Assembly (NCBI GenBank): GCA_047947115.1
Contig: CP170459.1
Coordinates: 5,216,001-5,280,000 of the forward strand
Origin: Verrucomicrobiota bacterium
GTDB lineage: Bacteria; Verrucomicrobiota; Verrucomicrobiia; Limisphaerales; AAA164-E04
DNA length: 64,000 nt
Direction of reading: 5' to 3'
The position numbers were made by a program, and so were the translations under genes. The notes beneath the pieces were generated by a model. That model had not been told where the DNA came from and ran no database searches. It saw nothing but the letters and a program-made list of their open reading frames with translations. Positions 39,728-49,072 of the stretch are shown in pieces; the stretch's first letter is position 1, and each line of letters opens with the position of its first letter.

Positions 39728-41236
39728 TCAAACCAAGTCACTCAATTTCACCGAGGCAGCTGACTCGTCACGATCGCGGATGATCTTATGGTAGATTTCG
39801 AAACAGGCATCACCTGCACCGAGTTTTGCCTGGCCGTTCAGATCCTTGTCAACGACCTGAAAAATATCCTTCAATGTAATCGCCTCCGCTGGTTTACCCA
39901 AACTGAGGCCGCCACAGGATTCCTCCCCTCTGAACACCAGCCCGCGGTCTGCCAGCAATCCGACGGAATCATGCACGGACGCATGATCCAGCTGCAAACA
40001 ATCCGCAAGGTCTTCGGGGGTATAAGGTTTCTCTCCGGACTGAAACCTTGAAGCGATCAGTTGCATCACACGCACAGCCGTGAGCAAACTGTGTTCCACG
40101 ATATCTCCGGCAGAAGAATCCTCATCATCATTGACTTGGTTGGGATGCTGCACCATGAAAGCCACATGGGATCCGAAAATCAGAATGATCCAGGACACAT
40201 AAAGCCCAAGCAAAAGAATCGGAACCGCACCAAGACTGCCGTAAATCTTATTGGTCGTCGCAACGTTTGATATGTAAACAACCGGCAATTGATTGTTCAA
40301 TTGCAAGAAAAACCCTGCGGTAAGCCCCCCGCATACAGCCGCTTTGAACGTCATGCGCGTGTTGGTCATGATCCGATAAACCAAAGCACATGCCGCACCG
40401 GTGAACCCCCAGGAGAGAAAAAACAAGAACAGCGTTCCTAACGAGCCGTAGTTTTGAAAATATTCCGTAAGCTGAAACAGAACTTTGCTGGTGGAAATAG
40501 TCGTCCCAAGCACGAATAAAAAAGGCCCCAGCGTCAATCCCGCCCAATACTGCGCCACGCCCGCGCCCCAGCTCCGGTTTTTGGGAATCTCCCAAACCTG
40601 GTTGAAGGTGCGCTCGATGGCACGTAACAACATGATCGCAACGACCAGGAACACACAGACACTCGTCACCCCAATGGTTTTCTTGTGGATTCGTTCCATG
40701 TAGGACGCAATTTGACGCGCCACTTCTTTTCGCTGTCCTCCGTGAAGAGAAAGCTTCCCCCCTTCAAAGGGACGGGCTTCTTTGAGGTAATTTTCCACCA
40801 GGTTCCCAGTCACATCGATAGATGCTTCCGAGGAATCCTGATTATCAGAAGATTCGTTGGTATCGGGTGGAAGAGGGACATCAATTGAACCACCTTCGCG
40901 CACTTCCAAATCCAGCATCGGTGCCACGGTTTGGATCATGGATTCGATCCATCCCTGAACTTGTTCCTGGCCTTCATCGCCCTCCTTGACCATCAGACTG
41001 GTTGCAACGCTCAATCCCACCGCCAGCACGGGAATCATGCCTACCAATGAAGTATAGGACAGGGCTGAAGCGTGGATAAACCCACTTTTGGACACGAAGC
41101 GTCGCAGGGCATTCCCCCAGAACAAACAACAACGTTTCAACACATTCGTATCGGCTTGGTTCGGGGTCCGGGACCCGGATTCGGAAGATGGTGCGGAGCC
41201 TTTGTGGGTCATAAGAATCGTTAACCTTTTGTTCAA
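39728..41236 (-). CDS. YihY/virulence factor BrkB family membrane protein with C-terminal winged-helix (Rrf2-like) domain
   Basis: Motifs ASALSYTSL, IERTFNQVW, YWAGLTLGP and IYGSLGAVPILLLGLYVSWIILIFG, plus C-terminal KPAEAITLKDI. Confidence 0.87.
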   Translation of the reverse strand: MNKRLTILMTHKGSAPSSESGSRTPNQADTNVLKRCCLFWGNALRRFVSKSGFIHASALSYTSLVGMIPVLAVGLSVATSLMVKEGDEGQEQVQGWIESMIQTVAPMLDLEVREGGSIDVPLPPDTNESSDNQDSSEASIDVTGNLVENYLKEARPFEGGKLSLHGGQRKEVARQIASYMERIHKKTIGVTSVCVFLVVAIMLLRAIERTFNQVWEIPKNRSWGAGVAQYWAGLTLGPFLFVLGTTISTSKVLFQLTEYFQNYGSLGTLFLFFLSWGFTGAACALVYRIMTNTRMTFKAAVCGGLTAGFFLQLNNQLPVVYISNVATTNKIYGSLGAVPILLLGLYVSWIILIFGSHVAFMVQHPNQVNDDEDSSAGDIVEHSLLTAVRVMQLIASRFQSGEKPYTPEDLADCLQLDHASVHDSVGLLADRGLVFRGEESCGGLSLGKPAEAITLKDIFQVVDKDLNGQAKLGAGDACFEIYHKIIRDRDESAASVKLSDLV

Positions 41237-41245
41237 CCGGCCGGT

Positions 41246-43018
41246 TTAATCTTTGGGTTCCATTTTGACGCGGAGAATCTGTGGTTCATCCGGCGTAAGT
41301 TCGATGTTTTCCACCGCTGTTTCAAACCCCGCTTTGCGAAGTGACAATTCATGAACACCCTGGCTCACGTTGCTCAAATCCAAGGGTGTTACCCCCAACA
41401 ACTCGTTGTTCTCCCACACCTCCACCTCTTCAGGATAGGTCCAGACTTTCAACTCACACCTCCCGAAACTGGCGATCACGTCCACCCCCCTTCCGGCATA
41501 AGATTTGACGTCCAACGATTCTGAATGGGTCGCTCCATTCAGTGAAAAATGGATCAAGTAGGCCCCTTTTGGCAGTTCAACGGTGTCAGGAGTGCCACCT
41601 GTCACCCACTTGCCCTGACGGTCCTGAAACCGATAGTGCCCTCCTGGCGGATCGGTCTTCAATGTTACCTTGGTGTAAGATTCCTCCAGCTTGATGTGAA
41701 GGACATTGGTTTTACCAGACTTCAGAAAAGGAAAAATATTGGTGGGAGCATACCCAATTGCCAGCACCGAGACACGATAGGCTCCTTCCTGCAATCCATT
41801 CCATTCCACCGGAGCGAGGTCTTCCATCACCTCCGCCAGCCCGGGACGCGACAAGGTCACCAAAGCATCTTCGGGGGTGGTGATGACTTTCAACGAGCTG
41901 TTGCCCAGTTGTTTGACAGCCATGAAATCTTCGGGCTTCTGTTCCCGAATCTCCAATTCCAAGGGTTCAACCAGAGCGCTTTGTTCTTCCTGTATCTGCC
42001 GGTTCCATTGTTGCTCTCTCCAGTCCACGATCGCCCAGCCGGCAACTCCGACGGCGATGAAAGCCGCCACTGCCCCCAGCATTTTTGGCCGAAACAAGTT
42101 TCGGATAAAAATTCGCCGACGTTCGCCGGCATCCGGCGCAAGCACCTTCGACATCCAGGAATCTTCCTGCACATCGTCGACATCCATTTCAAAACCCATC
42201 AACGCGGCCAAACGCGCCACCGTTTGCGGGCGGTTCTTGGGATGCTCGTCCTGAGCATCCATGAGGGCCTGCTTGACATTTCTGGGCACCACCAGATTAC
42301 CAAAGCGGATGTTCCCTTCCAGTTGAACATGTCGCGGCAGATGCACAAGAATCCCCACCTGACGAATACATTCAAGCAGGACCGAAGCCAGGGCATGGAC
42401 TTCATCCAACACACCGCACTCTCCCGATGCAAGGCAGGCGGGCGAAGCGTTGGGATCCCATGATTCCGAAACCGGTTTTCCGGTTGCCTCCATGATGGTT
42501 TGTATGGCCAAACGATCCAACTGCGGTCCGACAAAATACACTTCGTCGTTTGGCAGAAACCGAATATGATCGGCACTCAGTTTGCCATGGATGCGCTTTT
42601 TCCGATGCAACCCGATACAGTGCTTCGTTACTTTTTCAATCAACGGTTCGATATCCTCCCAAACCGTGTTCTTGCCGCCCTTCAGGAGTCTTTTTTCCAA
42701 CCCCACTCCCGGACGGGAGCGCAAGGCAACCACCGGGAGCGGCTTGGCTGAAGGATCGGTATAAATTACCGTGTGCCAATCGGCATCTGATTCATTCGCC
42801 CATAAGGTGATTTTTTCGAAAAAAGAGTTCACGAGACCAGCATCGGAACAAATGCTTTCAGGCGGAAAATAGAGCAACACCTCCTCTTCTTCATCCCGAT
42901 CCTGCGCCATCCAGTAGGAACTGCCTTCCGGATTGTCAAACAATTCGGATTTCAACACAAACCGGGACTGACAGAGCCGTTGCCCTGTCTGCAATCCTGA
43001 TGTTCCAAAATCATCCAT
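41246..43018 (-). CDS. Degenerate Ser/Thr-kinase-like domain + TM helix + PEGA repeats
   Basis: Kinase-like remnants (LHRKKRIHGKL, DEVHALASVLLE, NRPQT), TM MLGAVAAFIAVGVAGWAIV, and PEGA motifs (TTPEDALV, LGVTPL, GVHELSLRKAGF). Confidence 0.7.
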   Translation of the reverse strand: MDDFGTSGLQTGQRLCQSRFVLKSELFDNPEGSSYWMAQDRDEEEEVLLYFPPESICSDAGLVNSFFEKITLWANESDADWHTVIYTDPSAKPLPVVALRSRPGVGLEKRLLKGGKNTVWEDIEPLIEKVTKHCIGLHRKKRIHGKLSADHIRFLPNDEVYFVGPQLDRLAIQTIMEATGKPVSESWDPNASPACLASGECGVLDEVHALASVLLECIRQVGILVHLPRHVQLEGNIRFGNLVVPRNVKQALMDAQDEHPKNRPQTVARLAALMGFEMDVDDVQEDSWMSKVLAPDAGERRRIFIRNLFRPKMLGAVAAFIAVGVAGWAIVDWREQQWNRQIQEEQSALVEPLELEIREQKPEDFMAVKQLGNSSLKVITTPEDALVTLSRPGLAEVMEDLAPVEWNGLQEGAYRVSVLAIGYAPTNIFPFLKSGKTNVLHIKLEESYTKVTLKTDPPGGHYRFQDRQGKWVTGGTPDTVELPKGAYLIHFSLNGATHSESLDVKSYAGRGVDVIASFGRCELKVWTYPEEVEVWENNELLGVTPLDLSNVSQGVHELSLRKAGFETAVENIELTPDEPQILRVKMEPKD

Positions 43019-43194
43019 TATAAACGCTTTCCTTTACCATTCGGCATCATCTTCCCCTCGCCTGACTCATGCTGACAGGGAAGTGAACCTACCCTCTTGT
43101 TCCGGCACCATCCTGTCATGTGAAAGCCCAAACTCAAATCCAAAAGTTAGGGCTTTGCCCGGCGGAGGAGATACGTTATGAATGGCCCCAGACT

Positions 43195-44607
43195 ATGACT
43201 GACACCCATCTTCAGTGGCCCAAACCGAATGTTGTTCCCGAACTGGACCCGGGTTTTCGCCCGGCAGCCCTAGCCGTACGATCTGTCAAAGCCCAAACCA
43301 GTCAGGAGAACGCCTCATTGCCCGTCACGGTCGTTCTCAAACGTCCGGATGGGAGTGCCTACCGGTTTGAAACGACTCTATATCCTCACTCTGATTCAAC
43401 CAACGGGCGGAATTTCTTTCTCCTGGAACGGTTCATCAAATTCCTCCTGTGGTCCAGGGGCGCCGCCAAGCTTTACTGCACGGCACCAAAAGTTCTGTGT
43501 GATCAGTTGAACCATTATTACCAGGAACATCCACTGGGGAAATGGGATGCCGATATGATGGGGCGCCGGGTGTTCGAGGAGTCCTTCGAAATCATCCACT
43601 GCCCGGAATCAGAACTGCCAGTCGAACGCAGCGACTCCGCGCCGCTGGGACGCCACATGGATGGATGCCGCATTGGTTTTGACCTCGGGGGCAGTGACCG
43701 AAAAATTGCCGCCGTGATCGATGGAAAAACAGTCTTTTCCGAAGAAATCATCTGGGATCCCATCCCGCAATCCGATCCCCAATGGCACTACGACCACATC
43801 ATGGACACCCTCAAACTGGCGGCCTCCAAGATGCCACGGGTCGATGCCATAGGCGGGAGTGCCGCCGGGGTTTACGTCAACAACAGGGTCAAGGTCGCTT
43901 CACTATTCAGAGGAGTACCCGATGATTTATTCAATTCCCGGGTGAAAGATCTGTTTCTGGAGATGAGACGGGATTGGAACAACATCCCGTTCGAAGTCGT
44001 CAATGACGGCGAAGTCACTGCCTTGGCCGGCTCCATGAACCTGGAACAGAACGCCGTGCTGGGCATCGCCATGGGCACCAATCAAGCCGCCGGATTTGTC
44101 ACACCAACCGGACAGATCACCCCCTGGTTGAACGAATTGGCTTTTGTTCCGGTGGATTACCGCCCGGACGCACCGGTGGATGAATGGTCCAAAGACCGTG
44201 GATGTGGAGTCCAGTATTTCTCACAACAAGCCGTCGCCCGCTTGATCCCCTCAGCTGGCATCGAAGTCCCGCAAGGCATGCCCTTCCCCGAACAACTGAT
44301 ACGTGTGCAGCAATTGATGGCTGAAGAAGATCAACGCGCCGCAGCCATCTACCGCACCATGGGTGTCTATCTGGGCTACGCGCTGGCCCAATACAGCGAC
44401 TTTTACGAATTCGAAAACCTGCTGTTGCTGGGTCGAGTCACAACCGGGGCGGGTATGGATCTGATGATCGACAAAGCCAAGGAAGTCCTCAAAACAGACT
44501 TTCCCGAACTCGCCGACAAAATCATGTTCCATCGTCCGGGCGAAAAAGAAAAACGCCACGGCCAGGCGATGGCAGCTGCCAGTCTGCCTGAAACAACGAA
44601 GGCTTAA
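43195..44607 (+). CDS. ROK family sugar kinase-like protein with N-terminal extension
   Basis: Motifs IGFDLGGSDRK, VVNDGEVTALAG, GIAMGT and NELAF. A GTG start at 43120 is also possible. Confidence 0.82.
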   Translation: MTDTHLQWPKPNVVPELDPGFRPAALAVRSVKAQTSQENASLPVTVVLKRPDGSAYRFETTLYPHSDSTNGRNFFLLERFIKFLLWSRGAAKLYCTAPKVLCDQLNHYYQEHPLGKWDADMMGRRVFEESFEIIHCPESELPVERSDSAPLGRHMDGCRIGFDLGGSDRKIAAVIDGKTVFSEEIIWDPIPQSDPQWHYDHIMDTLKLAASKMPRVDAIGGSAAGVYVNNRVKVASLFRGVPDDLFNSRVKDLFLEMRRDWNNIPFEVVNDGEVTALAGSMNLEQNAVLGIAMGTNQAAGFVTPTGQITPWLNELAFVPVDYRPDAPVDEWSKDRGCGVQYFSQQAVARLIPSAGIEVPQGMPFPEQLIRVQQLMAEEDQRAAAIYRTMGVYLGYALAQYSDFYEFENLLLLGRVTTGAGMDLMIDKAKEVLKTDFPELADKIMFHRPGEKEKRHGQAMAAASLPETTKA

Positions 44608-44625
44608 GGCACCTCAGATAAAATA

Positions 44626-44745
44626 GCCGTCCCTGGGCGCGTCGGGTAGACCGGGCCGTCCCTGGCGTGCCGGGTAGATCGTGCCGTCTCTGGCGTGCCC
44701 CTTATGGCATCCGAACCATCTTAAACTCCCGATTTGGGAAGCCTA
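44626..44745 (+). repeat. Stuttered left ends of family-A element (28-bp period) plus truncated body
   Basis: GCCGTC(C/T)CTGG occurs three times, CGGGTAGA at 44643 and 44671, then CCTTATGGCAT...TTTGGGAAGCCT. Confidence 0.75.
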
Positions 44746-44760
44746 CAATCGCCAAAGAAT

Positions 44761-45285
44761 TCAGTCCTCCCTGCGACCCGCACGCAAGGCTTGCAAGATA
44801 GCCTGATCATCATCCCCGGCCTCCCAGACCATCTCGAGGAATTGCGGCAGAGTCAGGTTCCACGAAGCCAAGAAAGGCCGATCCCCCGCGCAGCCATACA
44901 TGGTGTCTTCATCCAATTCACCCCGCAGCTTGGCCCGCGCTTTCGCGATAATACGCGGCAACCAGGGAATCCCGTCCATGGGTTCGGGTTTGGGAGGCAA
45001 CTCACTGGCAGGAATGATGCGATCACTTTTCACTCCCTTCATGACCTCTCTCAGATACCGCTCACGAATGGCGGCAACCTGGAACGCGGTGTCGTAGTCG
45101 AGATCATCATACCGGATGGAATCATCCACAAAATCAAACAATTCCTGAGGGGAACAGCCTATGGTGGAAAGGAATGCCACGTCCTCCGCCTCAAACATGG
45201 ATTGAGGGGATCGCCTCCCTGCATGATACCGTTCCACTGCCGTGTCAAACAGCTCCTTAAATATACTTTGCCAAGATGATTCCAT
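44761..45285 (-). CDS. DUF5069-like protein
   Basis: GIPWLPRIIAKARAKLRGEL..MYGCAGDRPFL. ATG at 45285 is preferred over the longer ORF, which overlaps the SDR gene. Confidence 0.75.
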   Translation of the reverse strand: MESSWQSIFKELFDTAVERYHAGRRSPQSMFEAEDVAFLSTIGCSPQELFDFVDDSIRYDDLDYDTAFQVAAIRERYLREVMKGVKSDRIIPASELPPKPEPMDGIPWLPRIIAKARAKLRGELDEDTMYGCAGDRPFLASWNLTLPQFLEMVWEAGDDDQAILQALRAGRRED

Positions 45286-45547
45286 AAGACTTACGCGCCC
45301 AATGTGCATGGAAAACCGGGAATGTCCACCCCTAAGAATGGTTGTTTTGTGAGTGCTGATTGTCACAGATGTCAACACATGACCATGGCAAGCTTGAGCC
45401 ATTTGGAGATGATCGTGAAAAGAAACTCCCCGCAAAACAGGAGAACCATTTGGTTCCCTCAAAAATCTGCAACATCTGCCCGAGCTGCGTTTCACATTCG
45501 ACTTTTTCCTTTCCGACACGAGGGCTCTCAGGTCATGATGCGGCACC

Positions 45548-46357
45548 ATGACAGATCGATTCGATTTAACAGGAGAAGTCGCCGTCATCATAGGCGGCAC
45601 AGGGAGTCTCGGCGGGGCGATTGCCCAGGGTTTGGCGGAAGCCGGCAGTCAGGTCATCATCCTTGGACGCAACGAAACCAACGGCGAGGCCAAAGCCGCC
45701 GACATCCGCGAAAAAGGAGGCAAAGCCAATTACGTGAAATGCGACGCCATGAGCGCGGACAGCCTCAAGGAAGCCCATGCTTCCATCCGCGAACAATTCG
45801 GCGCACCGACCATCCTGGTCAACGCCGCTGGCGGTAACGATCCCAAAACCACCCTCACCGGGGATTTCACTTTTGAGCAGATCCCGCTGGATGCATGGCG
45901 CGGCAACTTCGAGCTGAATCTGGTCGGTGGCGTGCTACTGCCCTGCCAGGAATTCTGCCCGGCGATGGTGGAAGCAGGCAAAGGCAGTGTGATCAACATC
46001 GCCAGCGTGTCGGCTCACATCCCTCTTTCACGCGTCATCGCTTATTCGGCCGCCAAGGCAGCCGTGCTTAGCCTGAGCCAGTTTCTGGCTCGTGAATGGG
46101 CCAAAACCGGCGTTCGAGTCAACACCATCACACCGGGATTCTTCCCCGCCGAACAGAACCGCAAGATCCTGTTTCACGAAGATGGAACCCCCACCGAACG
46201 CACCAACTCCATCATGGGGCACACCCCGATGGGACGATTCGGCGAAGCTGAGGAACTGATCGGCGCCGCCGTCTTCCTGGCCAGCAACAAGGCCAGCAGT
46301 TTTGTGACCGGAACCGACATCCGAGTGGATGGGGGTTACCTTTCCCAAACGATTTAA
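45548..46357 (+). CDS. SDR oxidoreductase, D-mannonate oxidoreductase (fructuronate reductase)-like
   Basis: Motifs GGTGSLG, NAAGGNDP, YSAAK, TPGFFPAEQNRKIL and HTPMGRFG, characteristic of SDR-type mannonate oxidoreductases. Confidence 0.8.
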   Translation: MTDRFDLTGEVAVIIGGTGSLGGAIAQGLAEAGSQVIILGRNETNGEAKAADIREKGGKANYVKCDAMSADSLKEAHASIREQFGAPTILVNAAGGNDPKTTLTGDFTFEQIPLDAWRGNFELNLVGGVLLPCQEFCPAMVEAGKGSVINIASVSAHIPLSRVIAYSAAKAAVLSLSQFLAREWAKTGVRVNTITPGFFPAEQNRKILFHEDGTPTERTNSIMGHTPMGRFGEAEELIGAAVFLASNKASSFVTGTDIRVDGGYLSQTI

Positions 46358-46383
46358 CCATCTTCCAAAACAGAACAAATCTC

Positions 46384-47661
46384 ATGGCCTCACTCATTGC
46401 TCCCGATGCGACGTATCTGAACGCTGATCAGGTAAACGGCTTCCTGTCCAAGGAAGTTCCCGCCGGTCATTTCCAAGGTAAACGTGTGCTGCTGATCGTT
46501 CCCGACAGCACCCGCACCGCGCCGGTGGGCATGGTGTTCAAAAGCCTGTTCGCAACTCACGGAAGCACTGTCGCAGCCATGGATGTCATGATCGCTCTGG
46601 GCACCCACCAGCCCATGAGCGAGGAAGCTATCTGCCAGCGACTGGAGATTTCACTGGAAGAGCGGCGCGGACCATATTCATCCGTTCAGTTCTTCAATCA
46701 CGAATGGGACAACCCCGAGGCCCTCAAACAAATCGGCACCATCACCCCGGAGGAAATCAGCGACCTGACCGAAGGACGTTTCTCCATGGAAGTCCCGGTG
46801 CGCGTGAACAAAAAACTCTATGAATACGACCAAATCATCATCATCGGCCCCGTGTTCCCCCATGAAGTGGTTGGTTTTTCCGGAGGAAACAAGTATCTGT
46901 TCCCCGGTGTGAGTGGACCTGAGGTGCTGAACTTCTTTCACTGGCTCGCAGCCATCATCACCAATCCAAAGATCATCGGTCACAAATGGACCGCCGTCCG
47001 CAAAGTGGTGGATCGGGCCGGAGCCTCTGTCGACATTCCCAAACTGGCACTGTGCATGGTTGTCACCCACCACGGACTGCGAGGCATCTTCACCGGCACC
47101 CCTGAATCCGCCTGGGACGGTGCATCGGATCTGTCCGCCAAAACACACGTTGAATACAAGGACAAACCTTTTCATACCGTACTGTCCTGTGCCCCCGCGA
47201 TGTATGACGAACTCTGGGTCGGCGGCAAGTGCATGTACAAACTGGAAACCGTGGTGGCAGACGGAGGGGAACTGATTATCTACGCCCCGCACATCAAGGA
47301 AATCAGCCTTACCCACGGCAAACTCATCCGCGAAATCGGCTACCATTGCCGTGACTATTTCCTGAACCAATGGGACAAGTTCAAGGACTACCCCTGGGGC
47401 ATCCTCGCCCACTCAACCCATGTGCGAGGTGTCGGAACATGGGAAGACGGACAGGAAAAACCGCGCGTTAAAGTCACCCTGGCCACCGGGATCCCAGAAG
47501 CAGTCTGCCAGGAAATCAACCTTGGTTACCGCGACCCGGCCACCATCAACATGGACGACTACACCAACCGCGAGTCGGAGGGCATCCTCCACGTCCCGAA
47601 GGCCGGCGAAGTCCTTTACCAATTGCATGAACCACCCGCATGGGCGAAACCCGATGTTTAA
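46384..47661 (+). CDS. LarA-superfamily (lactate racemase domain) nickel-pincer racemase/epimerase
   Basis: Motifs VPDSTRT, ALGTH, NHEW and PHEVVGFSGGNKYLFPG...FFH match the LarA catalytic His/Lys pattern. Confidence 0.85.
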   Translation: MASLIAPDATYLNADQVNGFLSKEVPAGHFQGKRVLLIVPDSTRTAPVGMVFKSLFATHGSTVAAMDVMIALGTHQPMSEEAICQRLEISLEERRGPYSSVQFFNHEWDNPEALKQIGTITPEEISDLTEGRFSMEVPVRVNKKLYEYDQIIIIGPVFPHEVVGFSGGNKYLFPGVSGPEVLNFFHWLAAIITNPKIIGHKWTAVRKVVDRAGASVDIPKLALCMVVTHHGLRGIFTGTPESAWDGASDLSAKTHVEYKDKPFHTVLSCAPAMYDELWVGGKCMYKLETVVADGGELIIYAPHIKEISLTHGKLIREIGYHCRDYFLNQWDKFKDYPWGILAHSTHVRGVGTWEDGQEKPRVKVTLATGIPEAVCQEINLGYRDPATINMDDYTNRESEGILHVPKAGEVLYQLHEPPAWAKPDV

Positions 47662-47736
47662 GCAACAATAGGATGCTGTCTTTTCGCACACGAAGGCACA
47701 AGACACGAAGTTTTTGCTGCTCTTCAGCCTTTCGAC

Positions 47737-48630
47737 TTATTCGTCCTCTTTCCCTCGCGCTTGGGCTTTTGCACGGATCGCGTTGCGCACGTCGTCCAGT
47801 CGTTCTGGCCAGGCAAACGAAGGGGCCTTGGATGGATCATATCCTTCAAGGTGATCCCGTAGTCGATGGGTAGGTTTGGTGTAAACCAGTTCGGTATTTC
47901 CGAAGACTTCTTCACAAATCGCGGCTAAAGCCGGATCGTACTCCTTGAGTTCGACTCGTGTGTCCACGTGGTTGTGATCATGATCGGGCGGACGGTTGTT
48001 GTTGAACCAGGATTGTACGCCTTCGGCAAAATACTCCGCGTGGTTCACCGAGGCATATTTTCCCTGCCACAACCCGGCTTCCATGGCTTTGTCGTATGTC
48101 TGTTGAAGGCGTTGATCGAATGTATCGTCCATCCGGTTCATTCCCCGATAGTGTATATTATGGGCAAACTCATGTATCAAAATATTCTCAGCAGCGTAAG
48201 GATCCCCCTCGTAAGCCAACAAATTTTCCTCGCCGCACGAACAAACGGGATCATGACTGGAACCACCCAACCCGCGGGCACGGGCATCCCAAAAATCCTT
48301 GGGACGCAAATGAGCATGCTCAGGAATCTCGGAGGTGAATTCGTCGTAAGCCATGACAATCATGCGTGAACCACTTTCAATCATCGCCTCTTTGACATCC
48401 GGACGTTTGGCCAACATCATGTCGATTAAATACGCCGCCTCTTTCAAGGCATAGTTGTTCACTTTGCCCGAACTGATCACCGGATACCCACCCACGCTGA
48501 CATACTTTTCGTAAAAGCCGGGCAACTCCAATGCTTCCGGAGGTCGGGTAACCGCCCAATCACCCGCCCAAACTTCCCCCGAATAACAACCTGCCGCTGC
48601 AACCAACAAAAAAGCATGTAAACTGTTCAT
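47737..48630 (-). CDS. Secreted zincin-like (HExxH) metalloprotein
   Basis: Signal peptide, ILIHEFAH, and downstream EYFAEGVQSWF. A GTG start at 48663 is possible. Confidence 0.7.
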   Translation of the reverse strand: MNSLHAFLLVAAAGCYSGEVWAGDWAVTRPPEALELPGFYEKYVSVGGYPVISSGKVNNYALKEAAYLIDMMLAKRPDVKEAMIESGSRMIVMAYDEFTSEIPEHAHLRPKDFWDARARGLGGSSHDPVCSCGEENLLAYEGDPYAAENILIHEFAHNIHYRGMNRMDDTFDQRLQQTYDKAMEAGLWQGKYASVNHAEYFAEGVQSWFNNNRPPDHDHNHVDTRVELKEYDPALAAICEEVFGNTELVYTKPTHRLRDHLEGYDPSKAPSFAWPERLDDVRNAIRAKAQARGKEDE

Positions 48631-49072
48631 AGGATGCGTCAACACTGCGTGAAGCTGTTTCACATTTCGAGAAAAAAGCTGAAGTATGAAGCATGAACTG
48701 AACTGCCGTCACATTTCTTCGTAGGAAAACAACACGTCGGGACCATGAACCTGTTGTTTACTCCATGGCAAAACAATGGGAGCTCACTCAGACATTTCCT
48801 CCGTCAAAAAGAACTAACTTAACATGGTCAATGCAGCATGGATTTCTCCATTCCATCGATCCAACAAACTGCTAGACACCCAAACCCAACTTCGATGATT
48901 TTGTGAATATCGAAGACTTCAGGCAAGCCGTATGAAATGGAGAGAGGTCCTTTTAGATAAATCTGAAGTTCAAATTACGCTTTGGATAAATATCATTGCA
49001 ACGAATAAACCCTCCGGATTGAGGCGTTCAAATTCCTTTTCAGCACTTGCCTTAATTTTTGACATCCGACTA

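Noticed and set aside
48664..49072. AT-richer intergenic gaps (also 52805-53175, 36987-37448) as tRNA/ncRNA or as templates matching the segment after the TGA
   Set aside because: There is no cloverleaf or known RNA motif, and only ~10-bp matches (CAACAAACTG, CTCAGAACCC) compatible with chance.
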